NCBI RefSeq assembly: GCF_004010195.1
Contig: NC_057714.1
Coordinates: 61,981,914-62,045,913, forward strand
Source of the DNA: Chiloscyllium plagiosum
Taxonomy: Eukaryota
DNA: 64,000 nucleotides
Direction: 5' to 3'
In this document: one piece after another, positions 52,161 through 64,000 of the stretch
Numbering within the stretch: the stretch's first letter is position 1
Layout: every line of letters begins with the position of its first letter
The notes under the pieces: generated by a model
The model's input: the letters and a program-made list of their open reading frames with translations, nothing else
The model's database searches: none
Told to the model about the DNA's origin: nothing
Translations under genes and position numbers: made by a program

Positions 52161-53329
52161 TCTTGTACCCTACTCATTTTCCCCAGTTTCTCTGAACAGA
52201 ATCTACATTCTGCTTGAGTGCCCTAACCACACAGCCCTGGACACAGTACCCAGACCCTTGATTGATGCCTATACATTTCCCCAACCTCATTTGCCCTACA
52301 CGCCAGAACTCACCACTATGGAGCCACAGGACTCCCCACATTGCAGGGTCAATGACCCCCTGGTTTAGAGCACCCCAACCAGATGGCTAACTGTGGCCAA
52401 TGCCCTGGACTGCTTTCAGAGGCTTCCCTTCAATTCTTGAACTTGGAAACCTGCCCTTCAGCTGACTGCATGGAATTCAGTGAGGACTACTCTCCTAAGC
52501 CTTTTGAGACATGGCTGCTTGTCTGTTGCAGATGCAGTGTGTTTTCCATGGTGAAGCTGTGAGATTGATGCACAGCAAGATGTATGCTGCCTTGGCCAAG
52601 GATTGCTGAACAGCAAGGCCAGCTGCCTGGTTGAATGACTGTGTGAATTGACACAGCAAGAAAAGGCAAGGCAGGGATTCTGTAAGTATGAGCATGTACT
52701 AAGAGAATGAATGAGCAGCTCTGAGGTATAGCCTAGTCCAGACCCTGAACTGGATGCCTGTCCCTGTGTGTCACTGTAGCCTTTCAATGCCAGTTGCCGC
52801 TGTGCCCTGCAATGCAGGTCTCAATTTCCTCAGTGTTCTACAATTGGATCAGAGAGGGGTTGGTCATTATGGGACATCAGTGTTTGAGGATGAGGTGTGC
52901 ATGGATCTGATGCCTGTGGATCATGCCCTGAGATGCTGTTTTTGGGGTGACCAATGGGGAGGTTCATTGCAGACAGTGCTGAGCTGAATGGATCAGGTAC
53001 CTTCATTAATTTCCATGTGGAAAATTTTCAACATCTAGTTGACTCGCCGTGGGTGGTGGGATTGGAGACATCCCATTCGTGAGTGCGATTATGTCCTTGA
53101 GAAGCAACTGTTAATCCTATTGAGAATCTTGCCTCAATGCCAGGAACCTAATAAAAGACAAGATAGACTTCGTTGGAGTTCTCATGCGATTCTGCCACAT
53201 TTCTCAGGACAGCCCACTTTGTTGAGGCCCCTTGGAAAATTCAGCCTGTAGAGTCTTCCATTATCTGTCCCCGTGATGGCAATACAAAGATTAAGGCCTT
53301 CTTTAAAATGCTGGGTAGGCCATCATTGA

Positions 53330-54385
53330 TCATCTCTCATTGTCCTGGAGTAGGTGGTGGTGAACTGCCTTCTTGAACTGCTGCAAATGTTGGAGAGTAG
53401 GGCCATCCATGGTACTACAAGGTAGGGACTCCTAGGATTTGAATCCGGTAACAATGAAGGAACATGACATAATAACAAATCAGGATGGCATATGGCTTGG
53501 AGGGAAACTCAAAAGTAGTAATGTTCTCATGCTTCTGCTGAATCGTAAGGTTTTATTGGAAGAGCTTTGATGAATTACTGCAGTGGCGACGGAACACACT
53601 GCTTCTCCTGTTGGTCAGTGGTGCATATGCTGGATACTGGAGCTGATGGATGGGTTGCTAATCAAGGAGGATGCAGTGTCCTGGATGGTGTCAAGCTTCT
53701 TGAGTTTTGTTGGAGCTGCACTCATCCAGGCAAGTCATGGGTATTCCATCATGTGCCTGACTTGCTTTGCTTGCAGATGATAGACAGGCTTTGACAAGTC
53801 AGGAGGTAAGTTACTTGTTACAGAATTCATAGCTTCTGACTTGCTTTTGCAGGTACAATGTTTATTTGACTTGTACAGTTCAGTTTCTTGTCTATAATAA
53901 CTCCCAGGATTTGATAGTGAGGGATTCAATTACAGCAATGCCATTCAACATCAATGAGCAATGATTAGATTCTCACTTCTTGGAGATGGCCATTGCCTGA
54001 CACTTGTAAGGCATGAATGTTACTTGCCTCTTTTCCAATCAAGCCTGGATATTGCCCAGGTCATGCTGCATATGGTTACTGACTGCTTCAGTACTTGAGG
54101 AGTTGCAGATTATGCCAAACATTGAGCAATCATCAAAAAAATTCCCCTTATTGACTTTATGATGGAGGGAAGGTCATTGATGAAGCAGCTGAAAATGGTC
54201 AGGCCGAGGACACTTCCCTGAGGACCTCCTGCAGAGATGTCCTGCAGCTGAAATGACTGATCTCTAGCACCTCAACTATCTTTCTTTGTGCCAGGCTTAG
54301 GACCAACCATCGGAGAGATTTTCCCCTTATTTCCTTTGACTCCAGTTTTGTTAAAGCTCTTTCATGCCATATTCAGTTAAATACA
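53330..54385 (-). mobile_element. LINE (CR1/L2 group) RT fragment
   Basis: Minus strand at 54173-54235 encodes GGPQGSVLGLTIFSCFINDLP (RT motif B'). Confidence 0.75.
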
Positions 54386-54639
54386 ACCCTAATGTCAAGT
54401 GCAGACATTGGTGAATTGAAACAAAACCCTTTCAGTTACGGAACACACCCTACAAATTTCACCTCTCTTTATCTCACCATAGGAAATACTTCAACACACA
54501 GCCACAAACCCAACAAATCACAACAGGAGACATCTTTTAACTTATACTTTAACTACTACCATGTGGACAAAAATCATTTTGTTATCAAATAACATAGGAG
54601 GTGCAAAAAAGTCTCAATTATTCAACAAAGTTTGTGGAA

Positions 54640-55590
54640 CTTATACATTAATGATCTGATAAAGGAACTGAGGGTATCATTGTTTATTTGCAAATAACAC
54701 AAAGAAAGGTGGAGAGACAAGTAGTATTGAGGAGGCGGGAGGGTGGAGAAGGACTTGGATAGGCTAGGAGACTGGGCAAAGAAGTGGCAGATGGATTACA
54801 ATGTGGGAACGTGTGAGGTCATGCACTTTGGTAGGAAGAATAGAGACATAGAACAGTTTCCAAATGGAGAAAGGCTTTGGAAATCTGAAACAGAAATAGA
54901 CTTAGGGGTCCTCATTTACATGCCGGTTCCAGTTGGCAGTTAGGAAGGCAAATGTAATGTTAGCATTCATTTCAAGGGGGCTAGAATACAGGAGCAGAGA
55001 TGTACTGCTGAGGCTGTATAAGATTCTGGTCAGGCCACATTTGGAATATTTTGAGCAGTTTTGGGCTCTGTACCTAAGGAACCATGTGCTGGCATTGGAG
55101 GGGATCCATAAGAGGTTTACAAGAATGCTCCTGAGGATGAAGAGCTTGTTATATGAGGAGTGGTTGAGGACTATGGATCTGTACTTGGAGTTTAGAAGGA
55201 TGAGCAGAGAATCTCATTGAAATTAATAGAATGCTGAGAGGCCTGGACGGTGTGGATGTGGAGAAAACATTTCCAGTAATAAGAGAGGCCAGGATCCTAG
55301 GGAACAGCCTCAGAGTGAAGCAATGATGCTTTAGAACTGAGATGAGGAGGAATTTATTCAACCAGAGCATGATGAATCTGTGGAAGCCATTGCTTCAGAA
55401 GAATGTGGAGGCCAAGTAATTTACTATATTTAAGACAAAGATAGTAAGGTTCTTGATTAGTAAGGGATCAAAGCTTATGGGGAGAAGGCAGGAGAATGAG
55501 GTTGAGAAACACACCAGTCATAATCAAATGGCAGAGCAGACTTGATGGGCTGAATGGCTGATTCTGTTCTTGTATTTTATGGTCTTATAG
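54640..55590 (+). mobile_element. CR1 LINE 3' fragment
   Basis: DLDRLGDWAKKWQM, LYKILVRPHLEY; 3' UTR. Confidence 0.85.
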
Positions 55591-56630
55591 AACTTTGTAA
55601 GTACTTGAGCAGTAACCTATGTAGTCATAAGAGTTCTACTTTTTTTATTATCAAAAATTATCACAGGGGCTAGACTGCCTCACTGGCTCTGATAGTGTAA
55701 TCAAAATTGGATTAATGATATTGGAATTGGAGCGTATATAAAATAATCAGTCAAAACCATTTATGCAGGACATCATCCAAACTGCAGATAGAGCAATAAG
55801 CTCAGCCAGAGGCAGCAGTCATCTCGTTCATCAAGTTATTAAAGAACAAGATTTTATTTGCATACAATGCCAGAAGTGAAGACATTAATTTATAGCTGTA
55901 ACTCTTTGCAGATGTAACAAGACTTAACTCCAAAATTCACAGGAGAGATGGCCAATCTTCAGTTTAACAAATCCCTCCAGACAGCCAGTAGCTCAAGTTG
56001 CTGATAGTTGTAATATTCTTGATGACAAGGTTTGTTCCCGGTAGTGCCTACTATACAAGTCTTCTGGCCTAATAAGTGAGTTTTACCAGCTCTGGACTCA
56101 AACAACTAAATGCAGCATTCAGCCAAATCACAACATTTCATATCAGAGAAAGAAACGTTGACATGGTCCAGATCAGTGGTTTTGGATCATATGTTCTGAT
56201 CACAGAAGATTTTTGGATGGATCAGAACCCAAATTAAAACCACTGTACTTGTGAATGAACTTCATCATAGAAGAAATAGGTTTCACATGTTGAAAATCAG
56301 AGGAACAGAAAATCACTTTGACACAAAAAAACACGTAATGGCAGGCTTTAAACAATTAGAAGGTGTTAGATCTCATAGTTTCCAATGAGAGTCCAAGTCA
56401 CGGGGTGGTTTCAGGTAACTTTTATTGCAGCTGTATTTTCAGGATAGCTTCATTTCTCCAGAAAAATAAGGCACAGAAAAAGCTTCAGAATGTCTTACCT
56501 ATATAGTTTAAACTTAGAGTGCACATGTCCCCCTCTTTGATTGGTATTGGTCAGCAGTGCTGAGTTATCCCTTCTGTGCTCTTTCAGCACCACTGATCCA
56601 GAATCCTTCAATATTGGCTGTCTAGGTACG

Positions 56631-56947
56631 CTGAAAATGTGTTGCTGGAAAAGCGCAGCAGGTCAAGCAACATCCAAGGAGCAGGAGAATCGACGTTTCG
56701 GGCATGAGCCCTTCTTCAGGAATGAGGAAAGTGTGTCCAGCAGGCTAAGATAAAAGGTAGGGAGGAGGGGCTTGGGGAAGGGGCGTTGGAAATGCGATAG
56801 GTGGAAGGAGGTCAAGGTGAGGGAGATAGGCCGGAGTGGGGGTGGGGGCGGAGAGGTCAGGAAGAAGATTGCAGGTTAGGAAGGCGGTGCTCCCCCCACC
56901 TTGTCTCAGTCAAATCCCTCGAACTCAGCACCGCCTTCCTAACCTGC
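56631..56947 (-). mobile_element. Penelope-like pLTR fragment with intact hammerhead core (56692-56719)
   Basis: Minus strand CUGAAGA-A-GGGC-UCAU-GCCC-GAAAC-GUC; short inversion at the 3' end. Confidence 0.75.
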
Positions 56948-56958
56948 TGAATTTATTT

Positions 56959-57111
56959 AGAGACAAAAAAACTGCAGATGCTGGAATCCAAGATAGACAA
57001 GCAGGAGGCTGGGGTCCTGAAGAAGGGTTACACCTGAAACGTCGACTTCTCCACCTCCAGATGCTGCCTGACTTGCTGTGTTTTCCCAGCCTCCTGCTTG
57101 TCTTCCTCAGC
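56959..57111. mobile_element. Palindromic Penelope-derived insert with hammerhead motif (57014-57046, +)
   Basis: GUC-CUGAAGA-A-GGGU-UAC-ACCU-GAAAC-GUC-GAC, with stems I and II pairing; flanked by AATTTATTT (56950-56958, 57112-57120). Confidence 0.7.
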
Positions 57112-57204
57112 AATTTATTTGACCAAGTTTAACTGCTGATAGTCCTTAACCTGAAGGAAGTACTGCTGCACTCAACAATTTCCAATTAAGCTAATCATAG
57201 CTCT

Positions 57205-57480
57205 GGGCAGCACGGTGGCTCAGTGGTTAGCACTGCTGCCTCACAGCGTCAGAGACCCGGGTTCAATTCTCCCTGTGTCTGCGTGAGTTTCCTCCAGGTG
57301 CTCCGGTTTCCTCCCACAATCCAAAAATGCGCAGTGAATTGGTCATGCTAAATTGCCCCTAGTGTTAGGTGAAGGGGTAAATGTAGGGGAATGGGTCTGG
57401 GTGGATTGCGCTTCGGCGGGTCGGTGTGGACTTGTTGGGCCGAAGGGCCTGTTTCCACACTGTAAGTAATCTAATCTAAT
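57205..57480 (+). mobile_element. HE1-type SINE (internally deleted)
   Basis: GGGCAGCACGGTGGCTCAGTGG head, GGGTTCAATTC B box, (TAATC)n tail. Confidence 0.85.
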
Positions 57481-58256
57481 ATATGTCTCAGCAGTGACAA
57501 AATGACAAGCCCAAATATCAAAATAAACCAAAACAGAAATTGCTGGAAAACTCAGCAAATCTGGCAGCATCTATGGAAAGAAAGCAGAGTTAATGTTTCA
57601 GGTCCAGTAACCCTTCTTCAGAACTAACAGGAGATGGGCATACATGCTGAAAGCAGGAGCTCAGTCATGGAGTGTGTGGGTTTCAGGAAGTGATGGGAAA
57701 GGAGTGAGCGGAGACAGAGCCCAGAGAGATACAAAGACAGTTAGAAAGACAAAAGGATGGATGATAGTGTGCTGAGGAGAAAGGAAAGCTGATAATGTTA
57801 ATAAATGGGATTATAATTAGATGAAAACAGATTGGCTGGGATGAAAGCAGACCGTGTGATGACAGGGCATAGGGTGCAGGTGCATAAAGGACATAGAATG
57901 ACGTGTTCAGATTCTAAAACCATGAGTTCAATAATGTTAGAACGTGAACACCTTCCTCCAGAACTTTGTGGTGAGTGATTCAAAGGGCATCCTCTGCCCC
58001 TAAAGGCCATCCAGCAACACTGTCAGGCTTATATCCAGGATCTCCCTCACTGATGGGTACTATCAAGACACCCAACATCAGGAGCTAAGAGGTGTGCGTG
58101 CTGAAATCCACTCCCGAATTCTTGCTTCGGATTCCCTATCCTCCCTACACTCACTCACCTGGATTCGGGTTCTGCCTGGGACCGCTGTTGGCAGCAGCCA
58201 GCACTCACAGTGGCACCTCTGGCAATGCAACATTGCTGGTACATTTAATTCAAGTA

Positions 58257-58982
58257 ATAGAGTCATAGAGTCATAGAGACGTACAGCATGGAAACAGACC
58301 CGTCGGTCCAACTCATCCATGCCGACCAGATATCCCAACCCAATCTAGTCCCTGCCAGCATCTGGCCCATATCCCTCCAAACCCTTCCTATTCATATACC
58401 CATCCAGATGCCTTTTAAATGTTGCAATTGTACCAGCCTCCACCAATTCCACTGGCAGCTCATTCCATACACGTACCACCCTCTGCATAAAAACGTTGCC
58501 CCTTAGGTCCCTATTATATCTTTCCCCTCTCACCCTAAACCAATGCCCTCTAGTTCTGGACTCCCCCACCCCAGGGAAAAAACATTGTCTATTTGTCCCA
58601 TTCACACCCCTCATGATTTTATAAACCTCTATAAGGTCATCCCTCAGCCTCTGACACTCCAGGGGAAACAGCCCTAGTCTATTCAACCTCTCCCTGTAGC
58701 TCGAATTCTCCAACCCTGGCACCATCTTTGTAAATCATTTTTGAACCCTTTCAAGTTTCACAACATCTTTCCCATAGGAGAGAGACCAGAATTTCACACC
58801 CTATTCCAAAAGTGGCCAAACCAATGTCCTGTACATCTGCAATATGACCTTCTAACTCCTGTACTCAATGCTTTGACCAATAAAGGAAAGCATACCAAAC
58901 GCCTTCTTCACTATTCTATCCATCTGCGACTCCATTTTTGAGGAGCTATGAACCTGCACTCCAAGGTCTCTTTGTTCAGCAG
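58257..58982 (-). mobile_element. CR1/HER1 LINE 3' fragment
   Basis: RLRDDLIEVYK...FKRHLD ORF2 end; (AGAGTCAT)n tail. Confidence 0.9.
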
Positions 58983-59771
58983 AAACTCTTTGGAGATCAA
59001 GGTATTCCACATCAAAGGGCTTTTCACAACCCAATAGGTTTGTCACTTCTTCATTAAAGTTATCGCGATTGGTCAGGCAGGATCTCCTCCCACGGTTTAT
59101 GTGCTAATTTTTGTCAGCTGGCTATATACTTATAGCACAGACAAAGGCCACAAGGCTGAACATGTCTCTACTGATCTCTGTGTCTCCACCAACGTCTGTT
59201 CAACTAATTTCATCCATGTATCCCACTAAAGCATTTCTCTCTCAGGTGTTTATCTCAGATACCTTTATGTGGGTAAGATTCTCATTACATTTAAAAATAA
59301 GCTGCTGATTTTATTTGGAGTACGTTTGTCTGAAGGAAGTCAGGGATATTTATTATTTTATGTTTAGTTCAAGTTTCAATCTTTCCTTGCTTACTCTCTT
59401 TTTTATTCATTGCTATGTTCGTAACCTGAGCTGATATACTTTTTCTTGGAAGCTGTTGAAGTAGACAGAAAATTATGTTTCCAAAAAGGTGACAACATAG
59501 AATCAGCATGGACATTTAATGAAAGGGTGTGATGTGTACCCGATCTCCGCCTCTGTTGGAAATTACCTCAGGTGGCAAGGTCCAAGGTCGATCTTTCCAC
59601 TGTACCACCAATTGAGGTCCTTAAGGGGCCCACTTCTGTTGAAATAAACCCGGGCCTATTACCATACGGTGTGCTCAGCAGGTTAATCTCTTCAACTGCC
59701 CACTTTAAGTTGGTTCTCAGTGTGGTTGTAGCACACTCAGAACTGCTCCACAAGTGCTGCACAATCTCACG

Positions 59772-60089
59772 TTAGATGTTTGATTAGATTCCCTACAGTA
59801 TGGAAACAGGCCCTTTGGCCCAACAAGTCCACACCAACCCTCTGAATAGTAACCACCCAGACTCATTCCCTTGACTAATGTACCTAACACTATGGGCAAT
59901 TTAACACGGCCAATTCACCTGATCTGCACATCTTTGGATTGTGGGACGAAACCCGAGCATCCAGAGGAAATCCACGCAGACACTGGGTGAATGTGCAAAC
60001 TCCACAGAGACAGTCGTCCAAGGCTGGATTCGATCCCGGGTCTCTAGTGTTGTGAGGCAGCAGTGCTAACCATTGAGCCACTGTGCCAC
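59772..60089 (-). mobile_element. HE1-type SINE, full length
   Basis: Reverse complement of the head, body and tail of the SINE at 20242. Confidence 0.85.
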
Positions 60090-60279
60090 TCTAAGCCACT
60101 GTGCTGGTTCTGTTTTGGATTTTGCAAGCACAGACTGGTTAAATAGTCTGCCCATTTATGATACAAATAGTTCAAGGGTGGGGGGAGCAGGAGTTTGGTG
60201 CAGTGGTGGTGGTGGGTTCAGTTGCATGGAAAATTATGGAAAAGATTAAAGAAGGGAGGACTCAGCAGAGCTTATTAAA

Positions 60280-61285
60280 GTCTCCAGGACAAGTAAAAGG
60301 ACAGAGAGTATGGAAAGTGTCAGGTATCTAACTTCAGGCACAGAAGAAAAGGGGTCAACTATGAGAAGGGATGCAGTCAATGCAAGACTAAGGGTTTTGT
60401 ACCTAAATGCACGCAGTATATGAAACAAGGTAAATGAGCTGGTAGCACAGATTGAAATTGGCAGGTACGATGTTGCAGGCATCATAGAGATGTGACTGTA
60501 ATGGGATCAGGACTGAGAAATGTTTTTTCTTATTCATTTATAGAATGAGGGTGTCATTGACTAGGCCAGCAGTTAAGAGTCCTCCATATTGCTGTATGTC
60601 TGAAGTCACATGTAGGCCAAAGCAGGTAAGGATCGCAGTCTCCCCTCCCTAAAGGACATTAGTCAACCAGATGGGTTTTTCCCAACAATCGTTTAATGAT
60701 CATCATCAGACTCATAATTCCATTTTTTTTAGTGAACTCGAATTCCACTATTTGCTGTGACAGGAATCCAACTTGGTCCCCAGAACATTATCTGGGTCTT
60801 TGAATTAACAGTCCAGCAGTAATACAATTAGGCTGACACCTCCTCCAAAGATCAAAAGATACATGTCCTATCGAAAAGACTGGCAGATGGACAGAGGGGG
60901 TGGGGTTGTCTTGTTAGTGAGAAATGAAATTAAATCAATAGCAAGAAGCAATATAGGCGTAGAATCGGTGTGGATAGAGTCGAGGAAATGTAAAGGGAAA
61001 AAGACAGTGATGTGACTAATATCTCAGCCTCCTAGTCAGGATGTGGGGAAGAAAATAAGTCATGAGATAGAAATGGAATGCAAGAAAGGCAATATTGCAA
61101 GAACATAAGGAGATTTCAACATGCCAGTGGACTGGAAAAATTGGGTTGGTAGAAGATCTCAAGAAAAGGAGTTTGTAGAAAGTCTACAAGATGGTTCTTT
61201 GGTGCAATTTGTGGGAGACCCAACTAAGAAACAGGCACTTCTGGATTTGGTGATGGGCAATGTGACAGATTGATTAGGGAGCTTA
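60280..61285 (+). mobile_element. CR1 ORF2 endonuclease region with nested SINE (60523-60845, -)
   Basis: LYLNARS, RKD...RGGGV, GDFN, LLDLVM motifs. Confidence 0.75.
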
Positions 61286-61435
61286 ATTTTTTAATTTCAA
61301 AAATATACTTTATTCATAAAATTATTTCGTTCTGTATACAATTGGTCATGCCATTCTTGTGCACACATTACATTGCTTTATATACAGACATCGAAATGTA
61401 TTTTTCATATATACAAGTCTGTACATTTACTATCC
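61286..61435 (-). mobile_element. Probable L1/Tx1-type retroelement 3' end
   Basis: Minus strand ...TTTATGAATAAAGTATATTTTTGAAATTAAAAAA: polyA signal and A tail. Confidence 0.45.
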
Positions 61436-61437
61436 AG

Positions 61438-62855
61438 CTCTCATTTGTTTGGCCGAACTGGTCTTCACCCTTAACAATTTCTCCTTCAAATCCTCTCACT
61501 TCCTCCTGACGAAAGGGGTAGCCATGGATACCCGTATGGGCCCCAGCTATGCCTGTCTCTTTGTCGGCTACGTAGAACAGTGCATCTTCCGTAGTTACAT
61601 TGGCACTACTCCCCACCTCTTCCTCCGCTACACTGATGACTGCATCGGCGCCACCTCGTGCTCCCACGAGGAGGTTGAGCAGTTCATCAACTTCACCAAC
61701 ACATTCCACCCCGACCTTAAATTTACCTGGACCATCTCTGACACCTCCCTCCCCTTCCTGGACCTCTCCNNNNNNNNNNNNNNNNNNNNNNNNNNNNNNN
61801 NNNNNNNNNNNNNNNNNNNNNNNNNNNNNNNNNNNNNNNNNNNNNNNNNNNNNNNNNNNNNNNNNNNNNNNNNNNNNNNNNNNNNNNNNNNNNNNNNNNN
61901 NNNNNNNNNNNNNNNNNNNNNNNNNNNNNNNNNNNNNNNNNNNNNNNNNNNNNNNNNNNNNNNNNNNNNNNNNNNNNNNNNNNNNNNNNNNNNNNNNNNN
62001 NNNNNNNNNNNNNNNNNNNNNNNNNNNNNNNNNNNNNNNNNNNNNNNNNNNNNNNNNNNNNNNNNNNNNNNNNNNNNNNNNNNNNNNNNNNNNNNNNNNN
62101 NNNNNNNNNNNNNNNNNNNNNNNNNNNNNNNNNNNNNNNNNNNNNNNNNNNNNNNNNNNNNNNNNNNNNNNNNNNNNNNNNNNNNNNNNNNNNNNNNNNN
62201 NNNNNNNNNNNNNNNNNNNNNNNNNNNNNNNNNNNNNNNNNNNNNNNNNNNNNNNNNNNNNNNNNNNNNNNNNNNNNNNNNNNNNNNNNNNNNNNNNNNN
62301 NNNNNNNNNNNNNNNNNNNNNNNNNNNNNNNNNNNNNNNNNNNNNNNNNNNNNNNNNNNNNNNNNNNNNNNNNNNNNNNNNNNNNNNNNNNNNNNNNNNN
62401 NNNNNNNNNNNNNNNNNNNNNNNNNNNNNNNNNNNNNNNNNNNNNNNNNNNNNNNNNNNNNNNNNNNNNNNNNNNNNNNAATGTGGACTTCACCAGTTTC
62501 CTCATTTCCCCTCCCCCACCTTACCCCAGTTCCAATCTTCCAGCTCAGCACCATCCTCATGACCTGTCCTACCTGCCAATCTTCCTTCCCATCTATCCGC
62601 TCCACCCTCCTCTCTGACCTATCACCTTTATCCCCACCACCATCCACCTATTGTACTCTTGGCTACCTTCTCTCCACCTCCACTCCCTCCCATTTATTTC
62701 TCCACCCTGGAGGCTCCCTGCCTTCATTCCTGATGAAGGGCTTTTGCCCAAAACGTCAATTTTCCTGCTCCTCGGATACTGCCTGACCTGCTGTGCTTTT
62801 CCAGCACCACTCTGATTTAGACTCTGATCTCCAGCATCTGCAGTCCTCACTTTTG
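61438..62855 (+). mobile_element. Penelope-like element: RT fragment, gap, then pLTR
   Basis: LNNFSF...GVAMDTRMGPSYACLFVG...RYTDD...FTWTIS...FLD is a PLE RT; the post-gap pLTR carries a degenerate hammerhead (62730-62757). Confidence 0.85.
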
Positions 62856-63715
62856 CCTATATAAGGCTCTAGCCAATATTATGAACAGTTTTAGACAGGA
62901 ATCTAAGAAAGGATGTGTTGGCATTGGAGGGGTCCAGAGGAGGTTTACAATAATAATCGCAGAGATGAAAGGCTTGTAATATGAGGAATGGTTGAAAACT
63001 CTATGTCTGTACTCAATGGGGTTTAGAAGGGTGAGGAAGGATCGCATACAGAATATTGAGAGGCCTGGATAGAGTCGATGTGGAGAATGTTTTTTTCATA
63101 ATAGGTGGGACTGGGACCCAAGGGCACAGCCTCAGAGTGAACACGCAGCGCTTTAGAACTGAGGGGGAGTTTACTCAGCCAGAGGATGGTGAGTCTGTCG
63201 AAGCCAAATCATTGAGTGTACAGAAGAACCTCGATTATCCAAACAACACGGGCAGGGAGTATTTTGTTCGGATAATCAAATGCCAGATAATTGAATGCTG
63301 GACAATGGAGTTTAGCCAAGCCAACTTTCAATCTTGCTGGATCATCCGAAATTTGGATAATCGAATGCCGGATAATCGAGGTTCCTCTGTATTTAATACG
63401 GAAATAGATAGGTCCTTCATTATTAAGGGGATCAAAGATTTAGTCGTGAGTTCATGGAATGCACTGCCAGTAGCAATGGTGGACTCTCTCTCTTTATGGG
63501 CATTTAAGTGGGCATTGGATAGGCATATGGAGGATAGTGGGCTAGTGTAGGTTAGGTGGGCTTGGATCGGCGCAACATCGAGGGCCAAAGGGCCTGTACT
63601 GCGCTGTATTCTTCTATGTTCTATTACGGGGAGGAGGCAGAATGAGTTTGAGAAACACATAAATCAGATTCGACAGGCCAAATTTTTCTCTTGTAATGCA
63701 TGGTCTAATGGTCCC
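62856..63715 (+). mobile_element. CR1 3' fragment with nested MITE and nested young CR1 end (63443-63624)
   Basis: LRGLDRVDVE; nested pieces identified by TIRs and by identity to 5501-5692. Confidence 0.75.
63221..63389. mobile_element. Tc1/mariner (Tigger-like) MITE
   Basis: TIRs CAGAAGAACCTCGATTATCC / GGATAATCGAGGTTCCTCTG; TA TSD at 63219-63220 and 63390-63391. Confidence 0.85.
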
Positions 63716-64000
63716 AGATAAAGAGCCAAACTGAGGTTGAAGAATTGGACAGAAGTTGATGCAAGTCAAAAAATGATCAGACTTTCAAACTTGAGTTTTA
63801 AAACCTACTGGATCATAACAGAAAGTGGTACCATTGTTTTGGATTCCTGTGAAAGAATGAGTTAAAATAAAATATCAAGGTTATATGACCTTTTGCAATG
63901 GAGCTAAATATTGGATGGAGGGAGGAAGAATTATGTATAAGTTAACAAATATGAAGCTGTCAAAACGAGGAAAGTTCAGAAAAACTATGATAATTCTAGC

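Noticed and set aside
57205-57275. tRNA gene
   Set aside because: The A and B boxes belong to the tRNA-derived head of a SINE that continues into body and tail.
59568-59775. Overlapping ORFs with a minus-strand GT donor
   Set aside because: No recognisable protein, stops in most frames, and it looks like a degenerate interspersed repeat.
30586-62786. Long ORFs containing X runs (30586, 35543, 61359 and others)
   Set aside because: Artefacts of translating through N gaps; only the PLE RT part at 61438-61769 is real.
1-64000. Expected syntenic neighbours HACL1 and ANKRD28
   Set aside because: I could not recognise exons of either gene on either strand in this window.

Overview
Eukaryotic genomic DNA, almost certainly from a cartilaginous fish (shark): it carries HE1-type tRNA-derived SINEs, CR1/HER1 LINEs and Penelope-like element fragments. 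Most of the window is interspersed repeats, and there are three assembly gaps (30673-31172, 36191-36651, 61770-62479). The only recognisable host genes are two tandem, + strand biotinidase (BTD) paralogs. Copy 1 (coding exons 9359-9571, 10027-10176, 11469-12632; 508 aa) has an intact ORF, but its catalytic nucleophile Cys is replaced by Gly (FTCFD to FTGFD), so it is a probable pseudoenzyme, and it has a TATA-type promoter. Copy 2 (exons 22642-22854, 26219-26368) has a GC-box/CRE-type promoter, and its large last exon is absent from the assembled sequence. Also present: a decayed FLYWCH-MULE (Mutator/Phantom-like) transposon with a 9-bp TSD; many short, often palindromic Penelope-derived insertions with TSDs, several keeping intact minimal hammerhead ribozyme cores; a 5-kb 27-bp minisatellite with higher-order structure; Tc1/mariner MITEs; and many LINE/SINE fragments. 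Nearly all other ORFs in the track are TE fragments or artefacts. Repeat boundaries are approximate unless a TSD is given.
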